Shown: one piece after another, positions 1 to 10,240 of the stretch | Numbering within the stretch: the first letter of the stretch is position 1 | How the letters are laid out: the number at the start of each line of letters is the position of its first letter | Source: an uncultured Bacilli bacterium | GTDB lineage: Bacteria; Bacillota_I; Bacilli_A; RF39; UBA660 | DNA length: 64,000 nt | Direction: 5' to 3' | Assembly: GCA_934098515.1 (NCBI GenBank) | Contig: CAKOOK010000002.1 | Span: forward strand, 18,371 to 82,370 | Translations under genes and position numbers: made by a program | The notes under the pieces: generated by a model | The model's input: only the letters and a program-made list of their open reading frames with translations | Told to the model about the DNA's origin: nothing | Databases searched by the model: none

Positions 1-2995
1 CTCTATCATCAGAAATTACTACCCCAAACCATTTATTTTTATTCATTTTAAAATTCTTAATCAAAGTAGTCTCTTCACCTGATAAAATAGAAAACAATAT
101 CCTTGACCCAAACGAAAATGACAAATTTTCATATCTTTTTACAACCTCAATAATAACATTAACAAGCTGTATAAATCTCATTCCACAAACATAAACATTA
201 TGAATATCAATACTATCATTATAAAATAAAATATCCACTTCTTCTCTATCTTGCGTATAATTACTAGGTAACATCATAGTATTACATCCAGTACCATCAG
301 CCTTATAATTAGAACACCCAAGTATCCTAAAATCACTATCCTTATTATCTTTTCTGTTTTTAACAATCAAATACCCATCTACACAATTAGGGCATTTTGA
401 TATAGACATCTTTCCACCCTTCAAATCATTAGTCACAAAACCACAAATCTCCGGATCATTTGAACATATCCATAATCTAGTAGTCTCTGCAATTCTTCTG
501 TTTCCTCTAACTTGTAAAGGATATCCACAACAAGGACACTTAATTGAAGTCCCAACTTGTTTAATTGGTGAAAGCTTATCTCCAGAAATAAGAATATTTT
601 TAAATTTATCTATAATTTCCAAAATAAACTGAGAAGGTTTATAAACCGGCGTTATTACAAACACTCTATTTTTAGTTCTAGTAAGTGCAACATAGAACAG
701 CCTTCTTTCTTCAGCATAATCAACTACTTCAGTATCCTTAATAACAAGCTTCATTACTGGATCATCAACTATTTTAGAAGGAAAACCTAATATAGCATCC
801 TTACCATTAATAATAATTACATTATCATAACCAAGTCCCTTTGAAGAATGTGCTGTCAAATAAGTAAGTTTCAAGTTAGGATACTTAACCGACCTTATAT
901 TATTATAAAAACTAAAGAACTTTTCTTGCTTACCTAATTGATATCCTTCAAATCCATATCTGCCTATCAAAAGCACACTAGAATTTTCACCACTTGTCCT
1001 AACAATTAAATCAAGTGATTTCTCTATTGCCTTACACATTCTTTCAATTGGCGTATCACTTAACTCCTTATCATATCTATCATTATAAGACATAAGAAGC
1101 ACCGGATTCTTAATCGACTTATCACTCTTCAAATCCTTCTTTAACTGCTCATCATTAGACATTACAAATCCACCAGCAATATCAATAAGCTCTTGACTAT
1201 TTCTATAAGTCTTTGTAATTCTTAAAACGTCGGCATATCCCATCATTTCCTCAAACTTAGTAAATAACTCTATCTTAGAACCACTAAACTTAAATATGGA
1301 CTGCCAATCATCACCAACTGCAACAATCTTTGCATCACTACATTTAGAAAGTCTCTCACACAAATCAAATCTTTGTAACGAAATATCTTGATACTCATCA
1401 ATAAAAATATAATCATAAGGTAACTTCTCATTATTATCTATTTTATCCTGAATAATCCCAGCAGCATTATTAATCATATCCTCAAAATCAATACACTTCT
1501 TTGCTTTAAGTTCAGTCATATAGGCCAAATAGCACTGATAACAAATACTAATAAATAACTTAGTTCTCTCATCATTAACAGTAATCTTCCACTCATCAAA
1601 CTTAGAAGCCGAAAAATTATTTGTTTTAAATCTAGATATAAATACACAAACTAACTGAACAAATTTATTAAAATACTTATCCTCTATATTTTTAACAATT
1701 GCACTATAAATCTCTTTATTATTTTTCTGCTCAAAAGATATGCCAGCTCTTTTTAATTCTTCCTTCAAATGTGTAATAGTATCCCTGCCATCCTTATACT
1801 TAGAAAACGTATAAATAAGCTTAGTCCCATGCTTCTTATGTAAAAGAATCTTATCATTAACATGCCTCTTATAAAGATCTAGTTCTTCATCAGAAAACCT
1901 TCCATTTTTGCCATCTTCAGATATTCCAAAATGTTCTATATATATTTCCTTATCATTTTGCCTTATCACAAAATCAGGGCAATATGGCTTAATTGTATCC
2001 CTAAACCCATACGGATAAACCGGCTCATATTCATAATCAATGCCATTTATAAAGAAAAAATTAGCAATCCTGCACTCTTCAGTACTACGTACCTTTTCAC
2101 TTTTTATAGTTCTTTTATTTTTCTCTTGTAACTCTTTATAATTATTAACAGTATCCACTATATCAGAACGCATTGTAGTACAATCATTTTTACTAAGCTC
2201 ATTAATCAGCAAAGAAAGGTCCCCTTCACCACGTGGCACTTCTAAATAACTCGCAAAAAATAACAAAATATTCTTTACAAAAGACTCATCATTCACATTA
2301 TTAATTAAATACTTCTTAATAACACTAAACATAACCTCACTAGAAACAACATTATACTTCTCATTATCATTATTTCTAATTATTGTATTAGCTATAGAAT
2401 GAAATGTTGATATATTAACTGGAAGTCCTAATTTCTTACACCTATCAGCAAGTTCTTTAGTAGCTTTACGAGTAAAAGACACTATAAGAATTCTTGATGG
2501 ATCTACATTTTTCTTATCAATCAAATATTTAACTTTAGCTTCAATTGTCGTAGTTTTTCCAGAACCAGCACCAGCAATAACTAAAGTATAATCTTCATCA
2601 GACAAAACAACTCTTCTTTGTTCTTCATCTAATCGTACATTAGGATCATCTTTAATTAAAACATTATCTAAATATTCTTTATCTAAAGATAGATGCTCAT
2701 TTACAAAATTAGTATTATGAAGTTTAACATTATATTCAGTACTAGCATAATAACCAAGTAATCCACATAACTCAACATAATCAGTTCGATTATTTTTACA
2801 CCACGCAAGTAAAACATTTTCATCCTTCATAAGCATCAACTTATTAAAAACTTCATTAATATCATTATAAATACCTAAATAACACTTTTTTGAAATAAAA
2901 CTATCCTCATTAAGAAGCATCTCTAACTTTCTTTTATACTCACTAAAAATAACATACTCATTAGAATCATTACTAAATCTTTTAAACAAACCCAT
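1..2995 (-). CDS. UvrD/PcrA-like superfamily-1 helicase with tandem C-terminal topoisomerase-type C4 zinc ribbons (5' part; ORF runs off window start)
   Basis: Hand translation of minus strand from ATG at 2995 gives a continuous ORF to position 1. It shows Walker A AGAGSGKTTT, motif II FIDEYQD, LTAHSSKGLGYDNVII, then CPCCGYP..RG and CPNCVDG..GCSNYK..GC zinc-ribbon motifs. No competing ORFs in the six-frame track. Confidence 0.6.
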   Translation of the reverse strand, partial: MGLFKRFSNDSNEYVIFSEYKRKLEMLLNEDSFISKKCYLGIYNDINEVFNKLMLMKDENVLLAWCKNNRTDYVELCGLLGYYASTEYNVKLHNTNFVNEHLSLDKEYLDNVLIKDDPNVRLDEEQRRVVLSDEDYTLVIAGAGSGKTTTIEAKVKYLIDKKNVDPSRILIVSFTRKATKELADRCKKLGLPVNISTFHSIANTIIRNNDNEKYNVVSSEVMFSVIKKYLINNVNDESFVKNILLFFASYLEVPRGEGDLSLLINELSKNDCTTMRSDIVDTVNNYKELQEKNKRTIKSEKVRSTEECRIANFFFINGIDYEYEPVYPYGFRDTIKPYCPDFVIRQNDKEIYIEHFGISEDGKNGRFSDEELDLYKRHVNDKILLHKKHGTKLIYTFSKYKDGRDTITHLKEELKRAGISFEQKNNKEIYSAIVKNIEDKYFNKFVQLVCVFISRFKTNNFSASKFDEWKITVNDERTKLFISICYQCYLAYMTELKAKKCIDFEDMINNAAGIIQDKIDNNEKLPYDYIFIDEYQDISLQRFDLCERLSKCSDAKIVAVGDDWQSIFKFSGSKIELFTKFEEMMGYADVLRITKTYRNSQELIDIAGGFVMSNDEQLKKDLKSDKSIKNPVLLMSYNDRYDKELSDTPIERMCKAIEKSLDLIVRTSGENSSVLLIGRYGFEGYQLGKQEKFFSFYNNIRSVKYPNLKLTYLTAHSSKGLGYDNVIIINGKDAILGFPSKIVDDPVMKLVIKDTEVVDYAEERRLFYVALTRTKNRVFVITPVYKPSQFILEIIDKFKNILISGDKLSPIKQVGTSIKCPCCGYPLQVRGNRRIAETTRLWICSNDPEICGFVTNDLKGGKMSISKCPNCVDGYLIVKNRKDNKDSDFRILGCSNYKADGTGCNTMMLPSNYTQDREEVDILFYNDSIDIHNVYVCGMRFIQLVNVIIEVVKRYENLSFSFGSRILFSILSGEETTLIKNFKMNKNKWFGVVISDDR

Positions 2996-3273
2996 AGTCA
3001 TCAACTCACTAAGATAATTCTACCAAATATTAACAAAAAAATCTGCAAATATTAAAAATTTACAGAACATCATACAATCATAATATATTTAATCAAACAT
3101 AATTTTAACAACTTATTTTTCATTTTCCAGTATAATTAGTAGAAGTAGCAAAAACATCATTTAAATTTTTGCTCTCTTCAGTTAGAAGAGACCAAATTGT
3201 GTTAAACCCTTTAAATACTGGCCTTTTTATATTAGTATAAACCCCCATTTACCGTGTTTTTTTAATATTTTTG

Positions 3274-3293
3274 TACCTAAATTGTACCTAAAA
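3274..3293. repeat. 20-bp direct repeat TACCTAAATTGTACCTAAAA, left copy (internal TACCTAAA x2); about 34 bp similar when extended
   Basis: Exact 20-mer also present at 11907-11926. Flanking bases partly conserved. Confidence 0.7.
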
Positions 3294-3322
3294 AAGACAG
3301 TAGAGTTATCTCTACTGTCCTA
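3290..3322 (-). terminator. Rho-independent terminator of res (minus strand)
   Basis: Minus-strand hairpin GGACAGTAGAG-ataa-CTCTACTGTC followed by TTTTTT, directly after the res stop codon. Confidence 0.55.
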
Positions 3323-3324
3323 AT

Positions 3325-5889
3325 TTACTGAAGCATATTTTCTAATTCACATCTAAATTTTGATTGCCCCTCTAATATTTTACCATTCTTTATGTAATCA
3401 AAAAACTCTGGGTATGCATTAGGGCTCAAAAAATGAAAGATATATTCCTCATTTTCTCCAACCTCATCAAGAATTTCATTTAAATTTTCGAAATGTTCAA
3501 TACCATATTTATATTTAGCTTTATTTTCTTCACTATCATCACCGTCTGCTTTTATTTCGACAACTAAATAATAAACTTTATTATTCTTTACAATTTTAAT
3601 AAAGAAATCAGGGTTAAATAATTGATTTTTAATTTGGTGACTATTCTTTTTCCAAGAGTATTCTATTGAATAAAATCCCATATCTCTTGATTTTATCCAT
3701 GAATCAACACAATTTGCAATTTCCTGTTTTGTCAGGTATTCAACAAAGTCGGATTCAGGTTTTCCAGTTGTAAAAACCATACTCATAGGTGTTTTAAATA
3801 AATAGGTATTTTTATTATTTAGTGATCTAACTGGTCTACTATCATCTTCTATAAAATCATTTAATATTTTTTTATCATCTTCTAATAATTCTTTATCGTA
3901 ATCATCTGTATAATATGCACGTGCCTCTTTTCTTAAACTTGAAATTGAAATAGTTTGTTTTGACATTGAATTTGTATCAATATCAAACACATTCATATTT
4001 TTTGATATTGGAATTACAGTTTTATTCTTCTTTCGTAAAAGTGTACCAAACGTTGTTAAAATATTATTTCTATTTTTTTCTGTTAAATAGTTATCAGTTA
4101 TTCCAACTTTTTTCATAGAATCAAGAATAATTTTTTTTATTATAAATCTGTCTGGAAGATTGTTTTGAGTATATTGTTCTTCTCCAAGCTTTAAAATTTT
4201 TCCTTCCCAATCTCTTGCTCTAAATTCAGTTATGATTTTATCTACTACCTCATCTACAGAATAGCATTCTCGCTTTATAATATAGTTTACTTCACTAATA
4301 TCTCTTGAATTATATAAAGACTGAAATGTAGTACCTTTTTCAATTTCTATACTTTGAGATTCTAATTTTATTCCATTATTTACTATATTTGAATAATCTA
4401 TTACAGTAGAATTTGCTTCTTTAGCTACTTCAATTTCTTCTTTTTCATAATTAATATTTTTTACAGTAAAATTAAATTTAGATCTATAACCTTCTAATAA
4501 AGGATAACCTGCTAATCTTGTTTCAACTTCCAAAACTTCAGAAACTAAATTAGAAATATTTCTACTCCATGAAACATGATTAAAAACTTTTACACTTGGA
4601 ATATTACCATAATATTCACTTGGTATCCTTAAACCTCTTCCTAAAACTTGTGATATTAACAACTTAGAATTAAATGCTCTATCTTCCCACGGAACAATTT
4701 GCATTACATTCTTAACATCCCATCCCTCAGTTAACATTGATACTGAGACAATCCATTCTATTGGACTTTCAATTTTGTCGACACTTTTTAATTTATTTTT
4801 TTCATCTGGTGAAGATTTGCTCGTGATTAATAATACTTTTTTGCTTATTTCCTCATATGATGTATTTAACTCATTTGAAAGAAATTCAATTAAATCTTCC
4901 GATAAATTTGTTGCATTTGAAATATTGGCACATACAAATATGGTAATTGGCTTAATTAAAGCATATCTTTCCTTATTCCTTATATGATTTTGATATATTT
5001 TTTGAAATTTTTCTTTTGTGGTTGTAGTATCATCTTTTATAGCATAATTTATATCTTTTACCGTTCTTTCATCTATTGCTTTTCTTAAAGAATATCTATA
5101 AATAACATCATTAAAGTATTCATTTTCGATATACGCAGTTCCTGTTAACCCTAAAATATACTTAAAGTTATAACTATCATTTAGCAAAAATTCTTTCCAC
5201 TTTTTCAAATCTTTATAAATACTCGCATTATAAATATGGTGTGCCTCGTCATTTATGACTAAAACATTGCCATGTGCATTTTTAAAGCTATCTTCAATGG
5301 ATGAACCAGTATTAGAATAAACTGCGTGAATATTCTCTATACATATATCTCCTGATTTAATTGTATAATTGCCATTAGTTAAATGAGGATTTTTTGTAAT
5401 TGCATCATCAGGAACTAAGCTTTGAATATTATTATCTGATAATAATTGCATAAACTTTTCAGTTAATCCGGCTTCTATTGTTGTAGATGGGCATAAAACT
5501 AAAACTTTATCCACTAACCCCAATCCAAGCATTATTTGTGCAACACCAAATATTATATAAGATTTACCTGTGCCAGTTGCTAAGTCAATAGTCGCAGTTA
5601 ATTTGTTTTTTAATTGTATATTATCATAGTATTCATTTATTGTATTATATTTTTCTTGTAAAACAGGATTTCTTTGATAATTTTCAAGTACTAAATCTTC
5701 AACACTACTATAATTGCCAGATCCTAAATATATAATTGCATTTTTAATTGCATCTATCTGATAATATCTATTACCACATAAACGTTCAATATATTCTTCC
5801 CATTTATCCAATGCTAATTTGTTATGATCATAATTTTTACTAACTTTAAGTGTCAAATCATCTGTTTTAAATATGTAATTATCTTTCAT
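3325..5889 (-). CDS. res: Type III restriction endonuclease Res subunit (SF2 helicase-like)
   Basis: 854 aa. GTGKS Walker A and DEAH box (LVINDEAHH). Overlaps the mod stop by 11 bp (translationally coupled mod-res). Confidence 0.85.
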   Translation of the reverse strand: MKDNYIFKTDDLTLKVSKNYDHNKLALDKWEEYIERLCGNRYYQIDAIKNAIIYLGSGNYSSVEDLVLENYQRNPVLQEKYNTINEYYDNIQLKNKLTATIDLATGTGKSYIIFGVAQIMLGLGLVDKVLVLCPSTTIEAGLTEKFMQLLSDNNIQSLVPDDAITKNPHLTNGNYTIKSGDICIENIHAVYSNTGSSIEDSFKNAHGNVLVINDEAHHIYNASIYKDLKKWKEFLLNDSYNFKYILGLTGTAYIENEYFNDVIYRYSLRKAIDERTVKDINYAIKDDTTTTKEKFQKIYQNHIRNKERYALIKPITIFVCANISNATNLSEDLIEFLSNELNTSYEEISKKVLLITSKSSPDEKNKLKSVDKIESPIEWIVSVSMLTEGWDVKNVMQIVPWEDRAFNSKLLISQVLGRGLRIPSEYYGNIPSVKVFNHVSWSRNISNLVSEVLEVETRLAGYPLLEGYRSKFNFTVKNINYEKEEIEVAKEANSTVIDYSNIVNNGIKLESQSIEIEKGTTFQSLYNSRDISEVNYIIKRECYSVDEVVDKIITEFRARDWEGKILKLGEEQYTQNNLPDRFIIKKIILDSMKKVGITDNYLTEKNRNNILTTFGTLLRKKNKTVIPISKNMNVFDIDTNSMSKQTISISSLRKEARAYYTDDYDKELLEDDKKILNDFIEDDSRPVRSLNNKNTYLFKTPMSMVFTTGKPESDFVEYLTKQEIANCVDSWIKSRDMGFYSIEYSWKKNSHQIKNQLFNPDFFIKIVKNNKVYYLVVEIKADGDDSEENKAKYKYGIEHFENLNEILDEVGENEEYIFHFLSPNAYPEFFDYIKNGKILEGQSKFRCELENMLQ

Positions 5890-7768
5890 TCAAATCACCA
5901 CTACCTTTTTTTATTTCGGTAAACTCATTACCAAAAATATCAGTATATATAATCATAACATCTAAATTACCAATTTTATTAAGATTAATTGTTATATTAT
6001 CATCTATTATTTTCAAATCATTAGCAAAATAATAATCAGTCATTAGAAAGTTTTGTCCATCATAGTTTTTATCAATAAAAATCGAAGCTAACGTTTCAAA
6101 ATTTTTATATTCATTGCCATCATTATCTACTAATGTCTTGCTATAGAATTTACTAAGAATTATTTCAATTGAACTATCATGTAGAATTATTTTGCTTTCA
6201 ACATCAGGCTGTTCAATGAAGTGAAAACCTATTGCCATATCTATATTATTGACACTATTCATGCTTTTTGATTGTTCCATTTTTTGAAATGGATATTTAT
6301 GTAATTCTTTTATTACTTGATATGGAATTTTTAAAAAATAATATCTAATTTCATTAATTTCAAAATAATCATTTAAAAAATCTACATTATTACTTGGAGC
6401 AACAATATAAATTCTGCCATTAATCCTACTTCCAATATTTTTATGTAATTCGTTTAGATAGTCTTCATCAATGCTAGAATCTTTATTTTTATTAAAGTCC
6501 CATATTTTAACATAATGATTCTTTTTAATACCATCAAAAGAAATTCCTGATATTTTCGTTTCCTTTAATTCAAATTCAAAAAGTTCAGAAACAAATTTTT
6601 TATAATCTTTCCAATCAAGTTTTAAAGTTTTTTCTAAATCATATAATCCAAGTTGGTATGTAGAAAATGTCTCGAAATCTTTCCCATATTTTTTATTTGG
6701 ATTAGTTAATGACCTGGATTTTTTAATATTTAATATTCTCTTCTGAATTGTATAAATAGATAATTTACCAATATCGCAAATAATCCACTTTCTTCCTAAT
6801 TTTTCAGCAGCAAAAGCAGTCATTCCTGATCCACCAAAGAAATCCATAACAATATCACCTTTTGATGATGCCGTTTTAATTATTTTTTCAAGCAATTTAA
6901 ACGGTTTTTCTGTTGGATATCCTGTTCTCTCAATTCCATCAATTTTTTGACGAGCAATAACTGGAATGTACCACCAATCTTCTGGAATTTTTCCTTTTTC
7001 CCTATTTTTTATCACATCTTCTTCTGAATAGTCTGCTCCAAATGCCTTTCTTAATCCTTGATTTGGATCTTTATATTCTTCTCTGATTTCATCTTCATTA
7101 AAAATCCATGTATCAGTTTTTGTATACCATAGTATAGTATCATGTTTTCTATTAAATTGTTTCATCTTTGATGATCCTGGACCAGTATATGTCCATATTA
7201 TTTCATTTCTTAAATTATTTTTACCAAATATTTCATCTAAAATCACTTTGATATAATGCGACATCCTGTAATCCAAATGAACAAATATTGAGCCATCATC
7301 TGATAAAATTTCTCTTGCTAAAATCAATCGTCTTCGCAGAAATTCTATAAATTGTGATCCTTTAACTTTGTCGCTATATGCCTTGGCCCCCTTTTTATTT
7401 TTAAATTCATCTTCCGTTGCAAATGGCGGATCGATATAAATGATTTTTACTTTGTCTTTTACTTTATCTTTAATTATAGGATCTTCATTTTCATATATAT
7501 TTTTTAATAATTGCAAATTATCTCCAAATACAAGCATATTCTCCCATTCGTTTTTATTTTTTTTAGCCCCAAACGTTTTATCTTTTTGCAAAGGAATAGA
7601 AAAAACCCCGTCAGCATCTTTTAGTATATCTTCCCTTTTCATTTTTCCAAAATATGACAATTCATATTCTTTATTTACTGTTGGAAAAAGAATTTCTTTA
7701 TATTCATCCGGAATACTATTTCCGGATGTTAACAATCTAATTAATTCATTTTTTGTTTCTTCGCTCAT
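5879..7768 (-). CDS. mod: Type III R-M Mod subunit (N6-adenine DNA methyltransferase)
   Basis: 629 aa. DPPF motif (IYIDPPFAT). Strong SD GGAGGT upstream of ATG. Immediately upstream of res. Confidence 0.85.
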   Translation of the reverse strand: MSEETKNELIRLLTSGNSIPDEYKEILFPTVNKEYELSYFGKMKREDILKDADGVFSIPLQKDKTFGAKKNKNEWENMLVFGDNLQLLKNIYENEDPIIKDKVKDKVKIIYIDPPFATEDEFKNKKGAKAYSDKVKGSQFIEFLRRRLILAREILSDDGSIFVHLDYRMSHYIKVILDEIFGKNNLRNEIIWTYTGPGSSKMKQFNRKHDTILWYTKTDTWIFNEDEIREEYKDPNQGLRKAFGADYSEEDVIKNREKGKIPEDWWYIPVIARQKIDGIERTGYPTEKPFKLLEKIIKTASSKGDIVMDFFGGSGMTAFAAEKLGRKWIICDIGKLSIYTIQKRILNIKKSRSLTNPNKKYGKDFETFSTYQLGLYDLEKTLKLDWKDYKKFVSELFEFELKETKISGISFDGIKKNHYVKIWDFNKNKDSSIDEDYLNELHKNIGSRINGRIYIVAPSNNVDFLNDYFEINEIRYYFLKIPYQVIKELHKYPFQKMEQSKSMNSVNNIDMAIGFHFIEQPDVESKIILHDSSIEIILSKFYSKTLVDNDGNEYKNFETLASIFIDKNYDGQNFLMTDYYFANDLKIIDDNITINLNKIGNLDVMIIYTDIFGNEFTEIKKGSGDLNER

Positions 7769-7905
7769 AACATTACCTCCAAAATACCAATATCCCTTGT
7801 ATAAAAATTATAACATATTTTTCGACAAAATTTGATAATTTGCGACCAATTCATACCAGAAATTACTGAATTGTACGAACAATCTTGACTAATTTTTAAT
7901 TTTAA

Positions 7906-8262
7906 GTGATTAATACAAGGAATTTGAAGAATTGTCTGATTAGAAAATGTACTAACGAGGATATTTCTGATGAAGAATTAGAGAAAGTTATAAATCCTTT
8001 TTATGATAATTATCATAAGTATATTATTACATATGTTATGACTGAAGTAATTATATTTTATATAGCCAGTTCCTTTAGTAGGAATGCTATATGGGAAGCA
8101 ACATTTTATCATCACTATAATTCAGCTAAAGATATATTTAATGTCAGTGATGATGAAAATTATGAAAGTATTAAAGCTGAGGTAATAAAGTTATTAAGAA
8201 TGAAGTATTCTTTAGAAATTATTAGTGAAAATCCATTAGATCTTAAAAAAATTAAGTATTAG
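7906..8262 (+). CDS. hypothetical protein
   Basis: 118-aa ORF with no recognisable motifs. Accessory context. Confidence 0.3.
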   Translation: MINTRNLKNCLIRKCTNEDISDEELEKVINPFYDNYHKYIITYVMTEVIIFYIASSFSRNAIWEATFYHHYNSAKDIFNVSDDENYESIKAEVIKLLRMKYSLEIISENPLDLKKIKY

Positions 8263-8322
8263 TTTTTGTTCTAATACTCTTTTTATTATACAATTTATAA
8301 CTTTCAAGCAGTATATAATAAA

Positions 8323-8966
8323 ATGACAAAGTTTCAAGTTCCTAATGAGTGTAGAAAAGAAATGGCTTATTATACTTATGATAAAATTAAAAAGTTTATT
8401 TCTTATGAAGAAGATATAAGATGAAAATGTGTATTTGAAATATTATATTATTGTGACCTTCGTAAAGGAGAACTAAAAGGTCTTACTTGGAAGGATAATT
8501 ATTTTGATAAAAAAGTATTATCTGTTAATAAACAAATAACTCAACGAAATAATCGTGTTAAGTATGAATTTTCGGATACTAAAACAAGAGATAGTAGAAG
8601 AATAGTTTTCATTATTAAAGTCTTGTTAAATGAACTTAAAATGCTCTATGAACAGGATAAAAAAGAGTATTACGAATTTAATGATGATTTCTTTGTTGTA
8701 TCTGATGCTAAACCTATAGCTGATTCTAATATATATATCTTAGAAGAACTAAACTGGCTACATTAGCTGGTTTAAAGGTTATTAGGATCCATGATTTTAG
8801 ACATACGTGTGCATCACTACTTATTAACAATGGTGCTAATGCTACATTAGTTGCAAAATATTTAGGACATACAAAAATCGAGGAAACACTAAATACATAT
8901 TCACATATGTTTAGTACTGCCCTCGACTCTGTTGTTTCTGTTATAGATAGCTTAGAAGATGACTAA
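8323..8966 (+). pseudogene. Tyrosine recombinase/phage integrase remnant (5'-truncated, in-frame TGA at 8422-8424, frameshift near 8750)
   Basis: Translation gives ..LRKGELKGLTWKD.. then, after a frame switch, ..IRIHDFRHTCASLL..LGH..TYSH.. (HxxR box and catalytic Tyr). No SAM-like N-domain. Broken reading frame. Confidence 0.7.
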
Positions 8967-9907
8967 GCTATTTTTTTATTATATGTTCTACATTCAACTG
9001 GTTGCAAATATTGTTCTTCTGGTTCAACTCCATACATATCTGCTCTAAACTCTTCTAAATTTATCAACATTTTATTTAAAAATTTATTATTTATAATATA
9101 ACTTTTATAATCATCAGATTCCTTAATTTTAACATCAAATAATTCTTTTTGCAGTTCTAAAAGTTTTTCCAATACCACCGCTTCATTTCCTTCTCCATTT
9201 AAAAACAATTGAAAATGGTAACATTCCTCTTTCATTTTATTTAACATTTCAAATAAGGGTTGATATGTATTATTATGTATTTTTGTATAAGATTTTTCCC
9301 CTGAAAAAAACTGCATATCGCCTAACATAAAACTTAATTCAATAGTGCTTTCTTTTGATATACTTATATATTGTTCATATATTTCCTTTGCTTTATTTCT
9401 TAGCTTTTCAATATGTGTATCTACACACTCACTAGCATATATTTGTATAGATGTCTTAGATACTTTTTTTGCTAATTCAGGATGATTGTTAATATATTCT
9501 TTTATAAGAATATCTTTATATTTTTTATCTCCAATAATAATTTTATCTTTACTTATCTTATTGAATTTTTCTTTCCACTTTTTATTATTTAATTCATTTA
9601 TATATGAGATAACGGTATCTTTGCTATATTCATTAAATAAAAATTGCATATTAGAAAATTTTTCAATCAATCTTCTGGTTTCCTGCCAATATTTTTCTAA
9701 CAATTGTCTCTTACTAACATTATATGCTGGAATAGCTAGTAAAAGAGCTACGCATCCACTTCCAAATAAACCTATAAATATGTTTAATAATACTTCAAAT
9801 AATTTATTATCATAGTTTAATACTAAGAGAGTAAAAATTATTATTAAAACTAAAAAAATACTACTTATAATAATCGAAGCTTTTAATGCTCTACAATTTG
9901 CTTTCAT
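8963..9907 (-). CDS. hypothetical membrane protein (2 N-terminal TM helices plus long Lys/Glu-rich, probably coiled-coil cytoplasmic domain)
   Basis: 314-aa ORF. Hydrophobic segments at residues about 10-30 and 40-60. Start overlaps the stop of the upstream Zn-ribbon ORF (ATGA). Confidence 0.5.
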   Translation of the reverse strand: MKANCRALKASIIISSIFLVLIIIFTLLVLNYDNKLFEVLLNIFIGLFGSGCVALLLAIPAYNVSKRQLLEKYWQETRRLIEKFSNMQFLFNEYSKDTVISYINELNNKKWKEKFNKISKDKIIIGDKKYKDILIKEYINNHPELAKKVSKTSIQIYASECVDTHIEKLRNKAKEIYEQYISISKESTIELSFMLGDMQFFSGEKSYTKIHNNTYQPLFEMLNKMKEECYHFQLFLNGEGNEAVVLEKLLELQKELFDVKIKESDDYKSYIINNKFLNKMLINLEEFRADMYGVEPEEQYLQPVECRTYNKKIA

Positions 9908-10125
9908 TATTTTTCACCCTGAATATTACTAATAACATATTTAGATAATTCTTCATAATCACTTATATTTCCAATTCTTTTTAAATATTCATATCCACCA
10001 TCTATTGCAACTGCACCACATGAGCATCTTTTAAAATCATTAATATCTTTTGATTCAAGAATTGAACCACACTTTTTACATTTTATCTTGTTCAATTTTA
10101 TTATTTTTATTTCTTTATTTTCCAC
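9907..10125 (-). CDS. small zinc-ribbon protein (CxxC...CxC)
   Basis: 72 aa. CKKCGS...CSCGAV. Translationally coupled to the 314-aa membrane protein. Confidence 0.45.
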   Translation of the reverse strand: MENKEIKIIKLNKIKCKKCGSILESKDINDFKRCSCGAVAIDGGYEYLKRIGNISDYEELSKYVISNIQGEK

Positions 10126-10240
10126 AAAACATCACCCAAGAAATATTATATCATAACTATGCATTATGTATATTATACCGTTCGCGATATAATATATTTT
10201 ATTCAACAAAAAAAGAACATTAATTGCTCTTTTATGAGGT

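Noticed and set aside
1931-2131. 66-aa plus-strand ORF
   Set aside because: Lies antisense inside the long UvrD-like helicase ORF; Ile/Phe/Leu-rich composition typical of spurious AT-rich frames.
3163-3190. Hairpin CTCTTCagttaGAAGAG sharing the 12-mer TGCTCTCTTCAG with the sRNA candidate terminator
   Set aside because: Noted only within the sRNA finding; on its own a single 12-mer coincidence is too weak to call a feature.
4775-4987. Plus-strand ORFs overlapping long minus-strand genes (also 7440-7835, 9486-9815, 16116-16298, 21052-21243, 23840-24046, 24161-24463, 25423-25671, 32948-33286)
   Set aside because: All are antisense shadows of well-supported genes with conserved motifs; low-complexity translations.
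5879-7768. Phase-variable mod (phasevarion) via simple-sequence repeats
   Set aside because: Scanned the mod ORF: no homopolymer longer than 5 and no tetra/penta-nucleotide tracts; only a short DKVKDKVK-encoding duplication.
8422-8424. TGA read as Trp (code 4) in the integrase
   Set aside because: All other long genes are uninterrupted in the standard code and use TGA as stop (for example mod, gyrA/veg junctions), so pseudogenisation is the better explanation.
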